DNA of 64,000 nucleotides from Escherichia coli. GTDB lineage: Bacteria > Pseudomonadota > Gammaproteobacteria > Enterobacterales > Enterobacteriaceae. The translations under genes were made by a program, and so were the position numbers. The notes beneath the pieces were generated by a model, which ran no database searches, had not been told where the DNA came from, and saw only the letters and a program-made list of their open reading frames with translations. The DNA is taken from NCBI RefSeq assembly GCF_013315695.1, contig NZ_CP054353.1; one strand, given 5' to 3'. Position 1 is the first letter of the stretch. Each line of letters opens with the position of its first letter. This document shows, one piece after another, positions 25,855 through 39,205 of this stretch.

Positions 25855-26920
25855 TACAGCACTCCTTTCGACGAGGGCAGGGTGTCGCCTTCCACGCGGA
25901 TGGCCTGGCGTAGGGTGCGGCCAAACGCTTTGAACAGGCTCTCTACACGGTGATGATCGTTTTTACCTTTGGTTTTCAGGTGCAGCGTCACGCCCATGGT
26001 GTAAGAGAGTGAGCGGAAGAAGTGTTCGATCATTTCAGTGCTGAGATCGCCCACACGCTGGTAGGTAAATTCAGCTTTATATTCCAGATGCGGGCGACCA
26101 GAGATATCCAGCGCGCAGCGGGCAAGGCATTCGTCCATCGGCAGCACAAAACCGAAGCGGCAAATACCGCGTTTGTCGCCAAGAGCTATTTTTAACGCTT
26201 CGCCCAGCGCCAGACCGGTATCTTCGACGGTGTGGTGATCGTCGATATAGAGGTCGCCTTTGACGTTGATTTCCATACGGAAACCGCCGTGGGTAGCGAT
26301 CTGATCCAGCATGTGATCAAAGAAGCCAACGCCGGTGTTAATCTTGCTGCCACCTTCGCGATCCAGCCACACCTGGACGTCAATTTGCGTCTCTTTGGTG
26401 TTGCGCACTACATGGGCGTAACGGTCTCGTTTCGTGAGTTGCTCGCCAATCATCGGCCAGTTCAGGATTTCGCGGTCGTAGCGTAAACCATTAATGCCCA
26501 TGTTTTCAGCGAGTTGAATATCGGTCGCGCGATCGCCAATCACATAACTATTGGCACGATCCATCGCTTGCTCAGCGAGATAACGCTCCACCAGTTTTAC
26601 TTTCGGCTTACGGCAGTCGCACTCATCGGCGGGCAGGTGCGGACAAATCAGCACTTCATCAAACTGCACGCCTTGCGAGGTGAAGATCTGCATCATCAGG
26701 TTGTGCGGGCCATCAAAATCCGCCTGCGGGAAACTTTGTGTTCCCAGACCATCCTGATTAGTGATCATCACCAGCTTGTAGCCCGCTTTTTGCAGCTTCA
26801 GCAGCTCCGGGATCACGCCTGGTTCAAAGGCGAGTTTGTCAAAACGGTCCACCTGAAAATCACTCGGCGGTTCGCTAATCAGGGTTCCATCGCGATCGAT
26901 AAAAAGATACTTCTGACTCA

Positions 26921-26921
<1 letters not shown>
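25854..26921 (-). CDS. hisB: bifunctional histidinol-phosphatase / imidazoleglycerol-phosphate dehydratase
   Basis: ORF 25854..26924; [16 protein letters not shown]-terminus. Confidence 0.95.
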
Positions 26922-29292
<2,371 letters not shown>

Positions 29293-29297
29293 GGCGA

Positions 29298-30197
29298 TCA
29301 CTCCATCATCTTCTCAATCGGCAGGACCAGGATTGAACTGGCACCCAACGCTTTCAGTTTTTCCATCGTTTCCCAGAACAGGGTTTCGCTACTCACCATG
29401 TGCATCGCTACGCGCTGTTGGTCACCCGCCAGCGGCAGAATGGTTGGGCGTTCGGCACCTGGCAGCAGGGCGATGACTTCATCCAGGCGTTCGGTCGGTG
29501 CGTGCATCATGATGTATTTTGATTCGCGCGCCTGGATCACACCCTGAATACGGGTCAGCAGTTTGTCGATCAGTTGCTGTTTGGATTCTTCCATTTCGCC
29601 ATCGCGCTGGATCAGGCAGGCTTTCGAGCGGTAGATAACTTCGACTTCGCGCAGGCCGTTAGCTTCCAGCGTGGCACCGGTGGAAACCAGATCGCAAATC
29701 GCATCCGCCAGTCCGGCACGCGGCGCAACTTCGACAGAACCGTTCAGTAAGCAGGATTTAAAAGAGATACCTTTCTGATCGAGATAACGCTTGAGCAGGT
29801 GAGGATAAGAGGTGGCGATACGTTTACCGTTTAAGGAGAGCGGACCGTCCCAGGCTTCATCAACCGGCGTTGCCAGTGAAAGTCGGCAGCCGCCGAAATC
29901 CAGACGACGCAGGGTAAAGTAGCGCGGATCTTCACCCTGGGCTCGGCGGTTAAGCAGCTCTTCTTCCAGCACGTTTTCGCCGATAATCCCAAGGTCTACC
30001 ACGCCGTCCATTACCAGACCGGGAATGTCGTCGTCACGCACGCGCAGAATATCAATCGGCATGTTTTCTGCCATCGCGATCAGGCGCTGGGTGTGAAGAT
30101 TGATTTTAATGCCACAGCGCGCCAGTAATTCGCGTGAGTCATCACTTAAACGGCCGGATTTCTGCATAGCTATGCGTAAACGAGTGTTGTCTGTCAT
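29298..30197 (-). CDS. hisG: ATP phosphoribosyltransferase
   Basis: ORF 29298..30236; ATG at 30197 gives [20 protein letters not shown] (299 aa). Confidence 0.95.
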
Positions 30198-30242
30198 TTT
30201 CTTATTCCTCTTTAAACCTGTCTGAACCGTTATCAACCGCGC

Positions 30243-30279
30243 AATAAAAAAGCCCCCGGAAGGTGATCTTCCGGGGGCT
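30243..30279 (-). terminator. his operon attenuator terminator
   Basis: agcccccggaag..cttccgggggct hairpin followed on the minus strand by a U-run, between hisL and hisG. Confidence 0.85.
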
Positions 30280-30342
30280 TTCTCATGCGTTCATGCACCA
30301 CTGGAAGATCTGAATGTCTTCCAGCACACATCGCCTGAAAGA

Positions 30343-30393
30343 CTAGTCAGGATGATGGTGATGATGGTGGTGTTTAAATTGAACGCGTGTCAT
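30343..30393 (-). CDS. hisL: his operon leader peptide (MTRVQFKHHHHHHHPD)
   Basis: 16-codon minus-strand ORF with seven consecutive His codons upstream of the attenuator hairpin. Confidence 0.9.
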   Translation of the reverse strand: MTRVQFKHHHHHHHPD

Positions 30394-30675
30394 AAAAGTC
30401 TCTGTGAATGTTTATTCAACTGATGTCTTTTAACCTAAACCACTTTCACGTTAGAAAGCAAGGGCTTTTTTATATATTTTATGGCGATAGATTTGTTTAA
30501 TGAATGAGCGGGGAAAGAAGGGGGCTAAGAGGACTGTCCTCTAACTTGACAGCACCAAAAAGAGCAAAGTCTGATTTTTCGTCTCGCTGACAATGTCTTG
30601 ATCTACAAACTAATTAATAAATAGTTAATTAACACCCATCATTGTACAATGAACTGTACAAAAGAGGAGATTGAC

Positions 30676-30927
30676 ATGCGTACAATTAGCTACAGCGAAG
30701 CGCGTCAGAATTTGTCGGCAACAATGATGAAAGCCGTTGAAGATCATGCCCCGATCCTCATTACTCGTCAGAATGGAGAGGCTTGTGTTCTGATGTCACT
30801 CGAAGAATACAACTCGCTGGAAGAGACGGCTTATCTACTGCGTTCCCCCGCTAACGCCCGGAGATTGATGGACTCAATCGATAGCCTGAAATCAGGCAAA
30901 GGAACGGAAAAGGACATTATTGAGTGA
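30676..30927 (+). CDS. yefM: YefM antitoxin (type II TA)
   Basis: ORF 30649..30927; ATG at 30676 gives [31 protein letters not shown] (83 aa). Confidence 0.92.
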
Positions 30928-31178
30928 AACTAATCTGGTCTGAGGAATCATGGGATGATTATCTGTACTGGCAGGAAACAGATAAGCGAATTGTTAAAAA
31001 GATCAATGAACTTATCAAAGATACCCGCAGAACACCATTTGAAGGTAAGGGGAAACCAGAACCCCTGAAACATAATTTGTCAGGTTTCTGGTCCCGACGC
31101 ATTACAGAGGATCACCGTCTGGTATACGCGGTTACTGATGATTCACTGCTCATTGCAGCATGTCGTTATCATTATTGA
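30924..31178 (+). CDS. yoeB: YoeB toxin (RelE-family mRNA interferase)
   Basis: 84-aa ORF overlapping yefM stop by 4 nt; [22 protein letters not shown]. Confidence 0.92.
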
Positions 31179-31260
31179 AGAGATTCATTCATAGAATGAA
31201 TTGTCAGTTTTGATACGCTAGCGTAGCCTTATAGATCTAAGGTGTATCAGGAGATAACGG

Positions 31261-32085
31261 ATGAAAAAGGTCGCAATTGTCGGGTTAGGGTGGTTAGGCA
31301 TGCCGCTGGCGATGTCACTTTCAGCGCGAGGCTGGCAAGTCACCGGGAGTAAAACCACACAAGATGGTGTCGAAGCGGCCCGAATGAGTGGCATTGACAG
31401 CTATCTGCTTCGCATGGAGCCTGAGTTAGTTTGCGATTCTGACGATCTGGATGCCCTGATGGATGCCGATGCGCTGGTCATTACGCTTCCGGCACGTCGT
31501 AGCGGCCCCGGCGATGAGTTCTATTTACAAGCGGTACAAGAGTTAGTGGATAGCGCGCTGGCCCATCGTATTCCCCGAATTATTTTTACCAGCTCAACGT
31601 CTGTCTATGGCGACGCGCAAGGCACGGTGAAAGAAACCACCCCGCGTAATCCGGTAACCAACAGTGGACGAGTATTAGAAGAACTCGAAGACTGGCTGCA
31701 CAATTTACCCGGTACTTCGGTCGATATTCTGCGTCTTGCGGGTCTTGTCGGACCGGGACGTCATCCCGGACGCTTCTTTGCCGGAAAAACCGCCCCTGAT
31801 GGTGAACATGGTGTTAATTTAGTCCATTTAGAAGATGTTATTGGCGCTATCACTCTGTTGTTACAGGCACCTAAAGGCGGACACATCTATAATATATGTG
31901 CGCCAGCTCACCCTGCGCGTAATGTTTTCTATCCGCAGATGGCCCGTTTACTGGGGCTGCAACCTCCGCAGTTCAGAAATAGTCTGGACAGCGGCAAAGG
32001 TAAGATTATTGATGGCAGTCGGATTTGTAATGAACTGGGATTTGAATACCAGTATCCCGATCCGCTGGTAATGCCGCTGGAGTAA
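31261..32085 (+). CDS. yeeZ: NAD(P)-binding epimerase-like protein YeeZ
   Basis: 274-aa ORF, MKKVAIVGLGWLG Rossmann N-terminus; synteny. Confidence 0.9.
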   Translation: MKKVAIVGLGWLGMPLAMSLSARGWQVTGSKTTQDGVEAARMSGIDSYLLRMEPELVCDSDDLDALMDADALVITLPARRSGPGDEFYLQAVQELVDSALAHRIPRIIFTSSTSVYGDAQGTVKETTPRNPVTNSGRVLEELEDWLHNLPGTSVDILRLAGLVGPGRHPGRFFAGKTAPDGEHGVNLVHLEDVIGAITLLLQAPKGGHIYNICAPAHPARNVFYPQMARLLGLQPPQFRNSLDSGKGKIIDGSRICNELGFEYQYPDPLVMPLE

Positions 32086-32130
32086 ACGATCACGCCAGCA
32101 GGACGCCGCATGCACTGCAAGGGGGCGTGT

Positions 32131-33060
32131 ATGAAACCACTGCTGGATGTGTTGATGATCCTCGATGCCTTAGAAAAAGAAGGCAGTTTTGCGGCGGCGT
32201 CGGCCAAACTCTACAAGACGCCGTCCGCTCTGAGTTACACCGTTCACAAGCTGGAAAGCGACCTTAATATTCAATTGCTTGATCGTAGCGGACACCGCGC
32301 TAAATTCACCCGCACCGGAAAAATGTTATTAGAGAAAGGGCGGGAAGTTCTGCATACCGTGCGAGAACTGGAAAAGCAGGCGATCAAACTGCACGAAGGC
32401 TGGGAAAACGAGCTGGTGATTGGCGTGGACGACACGTTTCCTTTTTCTCTGCTTGCGCCACTCATTGAAGCTTTTTATCAACATCATAGCGTGACGCGCC
32501 TGAAGTTTATCAATGGCGTACTCGGTGGTTCCTGGGATGCCCTGACTCAGGGGCGAGCGGATATTATTGTTGGCGCGATGCATGAGCCACCATCTTCCAG
32601 TGAGTTTGGTTTCTCGCGGTTAGGCGATCTGGAACAAGTCTTTGCGGTCGCGCCTCATCATCCGTTAGCCCTGGAAGAAGAACCGTTAAACCGTCGTATC
32701 ATTAAGCGATATCGGGCGATTGTGGTGGGGGATACCGCGCAGGCAGGCGCTTCTACGGCCTCACAACTTCTCGACGAACAAGAAGCTATTACCGTTTTCG
32801 ATTTTAAAACCAAGCTGGAGCTGCAAATTAGCGGCCTCGGCTGCGGCTATTTACCCCGTTATCTGGCGCAACGTTTTCTCGATAGTGGCGCGTTAATCGA
32901 GAAGAAAGTAGTCGCCCAAACTCTCTTTGAACCCGTCTGGATTGGCTGGAACGAACAGACCGCAGGGCTTGCCAGCGGCTGGTGGCGAGATGAAATTTTA
33001 GCAAATAGTGCGATCGCCGGTGTTTATGCAAAATCTGATGACGGAAAATCAGCCATTTAA
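32131..33060 (+). CDS. yeeY: LysR-family transcriptional regulator
   Basis: ORF 32110..33060; ATG at 32131 gives MKPLLDVLMILDALEKEGSF; N-terminal HTH. Confidence 0.9.
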   Translation: MKPLLDVLMILDALEKEGSFAAASAKLYKTPSALSYTVHKLESDLNIQLLDRSGHRAKFTRTGKMLLEKGREVLHTVRELEKQAIKLHEGWENELVIGVDDTFPFSLLAPLIEAFYQHHSVTRLKFINGVLGGSWDALTQGRADIIVGAMHEPPSSSEFGFSRLGDLEQVFAVAPHHPLALEEEPLNRRIIKRYRAIVVGDTAQAGASTASQLLDEQEAITVFDFKTKLELQISGLGCGYLPRYLAQRFLDSGALIEKKVVAQTLFEPVWIGWNEQTAGLASGWWRDEILANSAIAGVYAKSDDGKSAI

Positions 33061-33326
33061 AGAAAAATTATTATGACAAGCCTCTCATTCTCTTGTCATT
33101 TCCCCCCCATTTAGGCACAATGCGCCGCTGTCAAAAAATGACTAAAAACCGACGTTTAATTAGCGTCGGTTATTTTTTGCTTCAAACCAATCATTCATAC
33201 CAAGAGGCCGGGCTTCGTACCGGATAGATATTTACTAAAAATCGACAGTTGTTGTCGCTGAGGAATCCAAAAAAATGGGGCAATTTTTTGCTTACGCGAC
33301 GGTTATCACCGTAAAGGAGAATGACC

Positions 33327-34685
33327 ATGTCGCATAACGTTACTCCAAACACCTCTCGCGTGGAATTGCGTAAAACGCTTACGTTAGTTCCGGTTGTAAT
33401 GATGGGTCTAGCCTATATGCAGCCGATGACGCTGTTTGATACATTTGGTATCGTTTCAGGCCTCACGGATGGTCATGTGCCGACAGCCTATGCGTTCGCA
33501 TTGATTGCGATCCTGTTTACGGCTCTGAGCTACGGGAAGCTGGTTCGCCGCTATCCTTCTGCTGGCTCTGCATACACTTACGCCCAGAAATCCATTAGCC
33601 CGACTGTCGGCTTTATGGTGGGTTGGTCTTCTCTGCTCGACTATCTGTTCGCGCCGATGATCAACATTCTGCTGGCGAAAATCTATTTTGAAGCTCTGGT
33701 GCCTTCCATTCCATCGTGGATGTTTGTGGTGGCGCTGGTGGCCTTTATGACCGCCTTTAACCTGCGTAGTCTGAAATCCGTAGCGAACTTCAACACTGTA
33801 ATCGTCGTGTTGCAGGTAGTGCTGATCGCGGTGATTCTGGGCATGGTTGTTTATGGCGTATTTGAAGGTGAAGGCGCTGGTACGCTGGCGAGCACTCGTC
33901 CGTTCTGGTCTGGCGATGCGCATGTTATCCCGATGATTACCGGGGCGACAATCCTGTGCTTCTCCTTTACCGGCTTTGACGGCATCAGCAACCTGTCGGA
34001 AGAAACCAAAGATGCAGAGCGCGTGATCCCGCGTGCGATTTTCCTGACTGCGCTGATCGGCGGCATGATCTTCATCTTTGCAACTTACTTCCTGCAGCTG
34101 TACTTCCCGGATATCTCTCGCTTTAAAGATCCGGATGCGTCACAGCCTGAAATCATGCTGTACGTTGCGGGTAAAGCGTTCCAGGTTGGCGCGCTGATCT
34201 TCTCCACCATTACCGTACTGGCGTCCGGTATGGCGGCGCACGCGGGCGTTGCGCGTCTGATGTACGTAATGGGGCGTGACGGTGTGTTCCCGAAAAGCTT
34301 CTTCGGTTATGTACACCCGAAATGGCGTACTCCGGCAATGAACATCATCCTGGTTGGCGCGATTGCCTTGCTGGCAATCAACTTCGACCTGGTAATGGCT
34401 ACGGCGCTGATTAACTTTGGTGCGCTGGTGGCGTTCACCTTCGTTAACCTGTCGGTTATTTCGCAGTTCTGGATCCGTGAGAAGCGTAACAAGACGCTGA
34501 AAGATCACTTCCAGTATCTGTTCCTGCCGATGTGTGGTGCGCTGACTGTAGGTGCGCTGTGGGTTAACCTGGAAGAGAGCTCAATGGTTCTGGGTCTGAT
34601 CTGGGCTGCTATCGGTCTGATTTACCTGGCTTGCGTAACCAAGAGTTTCCGTAACCCGGTTCCGCAGTACGAAGACGTAGCATAA
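33327..34685 (+). CDS. plaP: putrescine importer (APC family permease)
   Basis: ORF 33321..34685; [33 protein letters not shown]; 12-TM permease. Confidence 0.92.
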   Translation: MSHNVTPNTSRVELRKTLTLVPVVMMGLAYMQPMTLFDTFGIVSGLTDGHVPTAYAFALIAILFTALSYGKLVRRYPSAGSAYTYAQKSISPTVGFMVGWSSLLDYLFAPMINILLAKIYFEALVPSIPSWMFVVALVAFMTAFNLRSLKSVANFNTVIVVLQVVLIAVILGMVVYGVFEGEGAGTLASTRPFWSGDAHVIPMITGATILCFSFTGFDGISNLSEETKDAERVIPRAIFLTALIGGMIFIFATYFLQLYFPDISRFKDPDASQPEIMLYVAGKAFQVGALIFSTITVLASGMAAHAGVARLMYVMGRDGVFPKSFFGYVHPKWRTPAMNIILVGAIALLAINFDLVMATALINFGALVAFTFVNLSVISQFWIREKRNKTLKDHFQYLFLPMCGALTVGALWVNLEESSMVLGLIWAAIGLIYLACVTKSFRNPVPQYEDVA

Positions 34686-34863
34686 TCATCTTTTCTAATA
34701 ATAAACCGGAGTCGAATGAACATTTGGCTCCGGTTTTTTTATTCTTTTTTATCGAAATCCTCATTAATAACCATTTGTTCTAATTTAGATAATTTGGTTA
34801 TTGGTCTGCATTCCACCAGTCATGAATAGTTTCCCCATTAACATTCATCTGGTTAATTAATTT

Positions 34864-35922
34864 ATGTTTTCAATGATATTAAGCGGGCTAATTTGTGGTG
34901 CTCTGCTGGGATTTGTCATGCAGCGTGGGCGTTTTTGCCTGACTGGTGGTTTTCGCGATATGTATATCGCGAAAAATAATCGCATGTTTTACGCCTTGCT
35001 GATTGCAATTTCGGTACAAAGCGTGGGGGTTTTTGCGTTAATTCAGGCGGGCCTACTGACTTACGAAGCCGGGGCGTTCCCGTGGCTTGGTACTGTTATA
35101 GGTGGGTATCTTTTCGGGCTGGGAATTGTTCTGGCGGGTGGATGTGCCACCGGGACCTGGTATCGCGCGGGTGAGGGATTGATCGGCAGTTGGATCGCGC
35201 TTTTCACTTATATGGTGATGAGTGCGGTGATGCGTTCTCCACACGCCAGTGGTTTAAATCAAACCTTGCAGCACTACACTACTGAACATAACTCTATTGC
35301 TGATACTTTTAATTTGTCTGTGTGGCCGTTGGTTGCCGTTTTGCTGGTGATAACGCTCTGGGTGGTGATGAAAGAGTTGAAGAAGCCAAAACTCAAAGTC
35401 GCGACCTTACCGCCGCGCCGAACCGGGATCGCTCATATTCTGTTTGAAAAACGCTGGCATCCCTTTGTCACAGCTGTACTCATCGGTTTGATTGCGCTTT
35501 TAGCCTGGCCCCTGAGTGAAGCAACCGGACGTATGTTTGGGTTAGGCATCACTTCCCCAACGGCCAATATTCTGCAATTTCTGGTCGCGGGTGACGTGAA
35601 ATACATTAACTGGGGCGTTTTCCTGGTGTTAGGGATCTTCGTGGGGTCATTTATTGCCGCCAAAGCGAGCCGTGAGTTCCGCGTTCGCGCTGCTGATGCA
35701 CAAACAACATTACGTAGCGGGTTAGGTGGTGTACTGATGGGCTTCGGTGCCAGCATTGCAGGTGGTTGCTCTATCGGTAATGGACTGGTCATGACTGCAA
35801 TGATGACCTGGCAGGGCTGGATTGGCCTTGTATTTATGATTCTCGGAGTCTGGACTGCGTCCTGGCTTGTGTATGTTCGACCGCAGCGTAAGGCGCGACT
35901 GGCAACTGCTGCGGCAAATTAA
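34864..35922 (+). CDS. yeeE: thiosulfate transporter YeeE/TsuA
   Basis: 352-aa membrane ORF with duplicated GGCxxG-type motifs (..LAGGCATGT.., ..IAGGCSIGN..). Confidence 0.9.
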   Translation: MFSMILSGLICGALLGFVMQRGRFCLTGGFRDMYIAKNNRMFYALLIAISVQSVGVFALIQAGLLTYEAGAFPWLGTVIGGYLFGLGIVLAGGCATGTWYRAGEGLIGSWIALFTYMVMSAVMRSPHASGLNQTLQHYTTEHNSIADTFNLSVWPLVAVLLVITLWVVMKELKKPKLKVATLPPRRTGIAHILFEKRWHPFVTAVLIGLIALLAWPLSEATGRMFGLGITSPTANILQFLVAGDVKYINWGVFLVLGIFVGSFIAAKASREFRVRAADAQTTLRSGLGGVLMGFGASIAGGCSIGNGLVMTAMMTWQGWIGLVFMILGVWTASWLVYVRPQRKARLATAAAN

Positions 35923-35935
35923 GTAAGGTGTAAAG

Positions 35936-36163
35936 ATGGCGATTAAAAAGCTGGATGTGGTGACGCAGGTCTGTCCGTTTCCACTCATAGAAGCAAAAGC
36001 AGCACTGGCAGAAATGGCCAGCGGCGATGAGTTGGTAATTGAGTTTGATTGCACCCAGGCAACTGAAGCAATCCCACAGTGGGCGGCAGAAGAAGGACAT
36101 GCCATCACCGATTATCAGCAGATTGGCGATGCAGCGTGGAGCATCACCGTTCAAAAAGCCTGA
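35936..36163 (+). CDS. yeeD: TusA-like sulfur carrier YeeD/TsuB
   Basis: 75-aa ORF with CPFP motif (VCPFPLIEAK) immediately after yeeE. Confidence 0.9.
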   Translation: MAIKKLDVVTQVCPFPLIEAKAALAEMASGDELVIEFDCTQATEAIPQWAAEEGHAITDYQQIGDAAWSITVQKA

Positions 36164-36205
36164 CTCAAAATTGTCCTCCGCCGTACCAGCGGCGGAGGCT
36201 TCACA

Positions 36206-37633
36206 TTAGACAATCTCTTGCGCGTACTGCCAAAGCGCTTTTAACAGCGCCACTTTCTCTTTGTCATCGGCATACTGTTGTGCCAGCATCTGCAATTCAT
36301 CAGCGTAGCCCTGCAAAAACTCTGGCGTGAAGACCTGGCGGCGGTGCTCAAGCCAGCGTTGCTGCTCGGCATAATCCAGCGTCCCCGGGAAGTTGCGCGC
36401 TCGATAATTGAACAACAGTTTTTCAATTCGTTTATCAACAAAAGTGATATCCAGTGCCGGTAAATTACGCGGCTCGGTTTCCAGCACAATTTTCATTGCT
36501 GCACGATCGGCGTCACTGAAAAAGCCATTATAAAGCTGTGCATCCACGTTATCTGAAGGCGTAAACGGTTCGGCTTCCGCGAATATCGCCACCACTTTTT
36601 CACGCACTTGCGGATTTTCACGCAGAATTTTTAGGTTATCGAGGCAATGCTGACGATTAATTCCCAGTCGGTCGGCATCTTCCGGGCGTAGCGTATTCGC
36701 CTGGGCCAGTACCGGACATTTATTGATATGCACCAGCTTAACCGGAACGGCGGCGTTATCGCCAAGATCGGCTCTTGCGGTATATAAACGCTCGCGCAAT
36801 GTGTCGCTATCCAGCTCCAGTAATGGCGAAATGTCTCCTGCCAAATCCACCATAATTACGGCATTGCGATTTTCAGGATGCCACGCCAGCGGTGCCACCC
36901 AGCTGGTATTGCCGCGCCATGCCCCAAACATTCCGGAAACGTGAACCAGGGGTTTCATCTGCGGAACATCAATCAACGCCATCAGTTTGTGTTTATTACG
37001 ATGGGTAAAGAGATAATCAAACAGGCGTGGCTGACGCGTTTTTACCAGTTTCGCCATCGCAATAGTGGCGTACACATCAGCCATCGCATCGTGGGCGTTG
37101 CTATGTTCAATACCATTCGCTTTGGTTAAATGCTCAAGGCGAAAGCTCGGTAGACCGTCATCATTTTCAGGCCAGTTTATTCCTTCCGGGCGTAGGGCAT
37201 AACAGGCACGCATAACATCCAGTAAATCCCAGCGCGAGTTATCATGCTGCCAGCTCCAGGCGTAAGGATCGTAGAAATTACGATAAAAAACGTTGCGTGT
37301 GACTTCGTCGTCGAAACGCACATTGTTGTAGCCCAGAATACAGGTCTTCGGTACGGTAAAAAGCGAGTGAATACGGGCGGCAAATGCGGCTTCGTTTTCT
37401 CCTTTCGCCCGAGCTTCCTGCGGGGTAATACCGGTAATTAATACTGCTCCAGGCTGGGGTAAATAGTCATCCGCGGGCTTGCAGTAAAAGACTTCGGGTT
37501 CGCCGATGACATTGAATTCGCTATCGGTGCGAATGGCTGCGAACTGTGCAGGGCGATCTAACGCGGGGTGCGTGCCAAAGGTTTCGTAATCGTGAAACAA
37601 AAAGGTAGATTGTTGCTTACCGTCATTCATCAT
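36206..37633 (-). CDS. sbcB: exodeoxyribonuclease I
   Basis: ORF 36206..37681; internal ATG gives MMNDGKQQSTFLFHDYETFG (475 aa), DEDDh exonuclease. Confidence 0.95.
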   Translation of the reverse strand: MMNDGKQQSTFLFHDYETFGTHPALDRPAQFAAIRTDSEFNVIGEPEVFYCKPADDYLPQPGAVLITGITPQEARAKGENEAAFAARIHSLFTVPKTCILGYNNVRFDDEVTRNVFYRNFYDPYAWSWQHDNSRWDLLDVMRACYALRPEGINWPENDDGLPSFRLEHLTKANGIEHSNAHDAMADVYATIAMAKLVKTRQPRLFDYLFTHRNKHKLMALIDVPQMKPLVHVSGMFGAWRGNTSWVAPLAWHPENRNAVIMVDLAGDISPLLELDSDTLRERLYTARADLGDNAAVPVKLVHINKCPVLAQANTLRPEDADRLGINRQHCLDNLKILRENPQVREKVVAIFAEAEPFTPSDNVDAQLYNGFFSDADRAAMKIVLETEPRNLPALDITFVDKRIEKLLFNYRARNFPGTLDYAEQQRWLEHRRQVFTPEFLQGYADELQMLAQQYADDKEKVALLKALWQYAQEIV

Positions 37634-37835
37634 TAGGTTAAATCCGTTGTTTCTGCTGTCTGCCAGAGTATCAAATATCACCGTGCTAATCAGCTTTAGC
37701 GCGACAATTTGGCAGCGAGTGGCAACAGATCATGTCAGATAAAAATGAGAGGGTAGTCACATTTTCTTGCACTTTATTCCAGCCAGTTCATAAGTATTTC
37801 CGTAAAAAGAACAGCTATTTGAAACTCCTGAGGGT

Positions 37836-39008
37836 TTGCTGTTGAAACGCCGTCTTATTATTGCTGCTTCTTTGTTCGTTTTTAATTTATCGTCTGGTTT
37901 TGCGGCGGAAAACATTCCTTTTTCACCTCAACCTCCAGAGATTCATGCCGGGTCCTGGGTATTGATGGATTACACCACCGGTCAGATTCTCACCGCGGGT
38001 AATGAGCATCAACAGCGCAATCCCGCCAGCCTGACAAAGCTGATGACGGGCTATGTCGTGGATCGCGCTATCGATAGTCATCGCATTACGCCAGACGATA
38101 TTGTCACCGTGGGGCGTGATGCGTGGGCGAAAGATAATCCGGTGTTTGTCGGTTCTTCACTGATGTTTTTGAAAGAGGGCGATCGCGTATCGGTACGTGA
38201 TTTAAGCCGTGGTTTAATTGTGGATTCCGGAAATGACGCTTGTGTTGCACTGGCTGACTATATTGCCGGTGGGCAACGGCAGTTTGTTGAAATGATGAAC
38301 AACTATGCCGAGAAGCTGCATCTCAAGGATACGCATTTTGAAACAGTGCATGGTCTGGATGCACCTGGCCAGCATAGCTCGGCTTATGATTTAGCTGTGC
38401 TTTCTCGCGCTATCATCCACGGCGAGCCCGAGTTTTATCATATGTACAGTGAGAAAAGCCTCACCTGGAACGGTATCACCCAGCAAAACCGTAACGGGTT
38501 ATTGTGGGATAAAACCATGAATGTTGACGGCCTGAAAACGGGTCATACTTCTGGTGCCGGGTTTAATCTCATTGCTTCGGCTGTAGATGGGCAGCGTCGT
38601 CTCATTGCAGTGGTAATGGGGGCTGACAGCGCAAAAGGTCGTGAGGAAGAGGCAAGAAAATTACTGCGTTGGGGTCAACAAAACTTTACTACGGTGCAAA
38701 TTTTGCACCGTGGGAAAAAGGTTGGTACGGAACGCATCTGGTATGGCGATAAAGAAAATATCGCCCTGGGAACGGAACAAGAGTTCTGGATGGTGCTACC
38801 GAAAGCCGAAATTCCACATATCAAAGCCAAATATACCCTTGATGGTAAAGAACTCACCGCGCCAATTAGCGCCCATCAGCGGGTAGGGGAAATTGAACTT
38901 TACGACCGTGATAAACAGGTGGCGCACTGGCCGCTGGTTACCCTGGAATCTGTCGGGGAAGGCAGCATGTTTTCCCGGCTGAGTGATTATTTCCACCATA
39001 AGGACTGA
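37836..39008 (+). CDS. dacD: D-alanyl-D-alanine carboxypeptidase (PBP6b)
   Basis: 390-aa ORF with TTG start; signal peptide; SLTK (SxxK) active-site motif. Confidence 0.9.
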   Translation: MLLKRRLIIAASLFVFNLSSGFAAENIPFSPQPPEIHAGSWVLMDYTTGQILTAGNEHQQRNPASLTKLMTGYVVDRAIDSHRITPDDIVTVGRDAWAKDNPVFVGSSLMFLKEGDRVSVRDLSRGLIVDSGNDACVALADYIAGGQRQFVEMMNNYAEKLHLKDTHFETVHGLDAPGQHSSAYDLAVLSRAIIHGEPEFYHMYSEKSLTWNGITQQNRNGLLWDKTMNVDGLKTGHTSGAGFNLIASAVDGQRRLIAVVMGADSAKGREEEARKLLRWGQQNFTTVQILHRGKKVGTERIWYGDKENIALGTEQEFWMVLPKAEIPHIKAKYTLDGKELTAPISAHQRVGEIELYDRDKQVAHWPLVTLESVGEGSMFSRLSDYFHHKD

Positions 39009-39092
39009 CCTTTCTTTTGCAGCAGACTGGCAGGAGTGCGAGTCTGCTCGCATAATCAACACTCATTCCTTGTGGTTTTAATATTGCAACTA

Positions 39093-39106
39093 TACTGTAT
39101 ATAAAA
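39093..39106 (+). promoter_or_regulatory. left half of a split LexA box (TACTGT + spacer ATATAAAA) with the overlapping candidate sbmC promoter -10 TATACT
   Basis: Joined to 40992..41005 it reconstitutes TACTGTATATAAAAACAGTA (CTGT-N8-ACAG). Confidence 0.7.
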
Positions 39107-39205
39107 GGGTCTTCCCCTGTTGTGGTGGGTGGTACATAATTGAGTGATTTTCAAACACCACACAGTACCTTTATGGTGTCTCTTTTTACATGAGAGGGAA
39201 TTCTT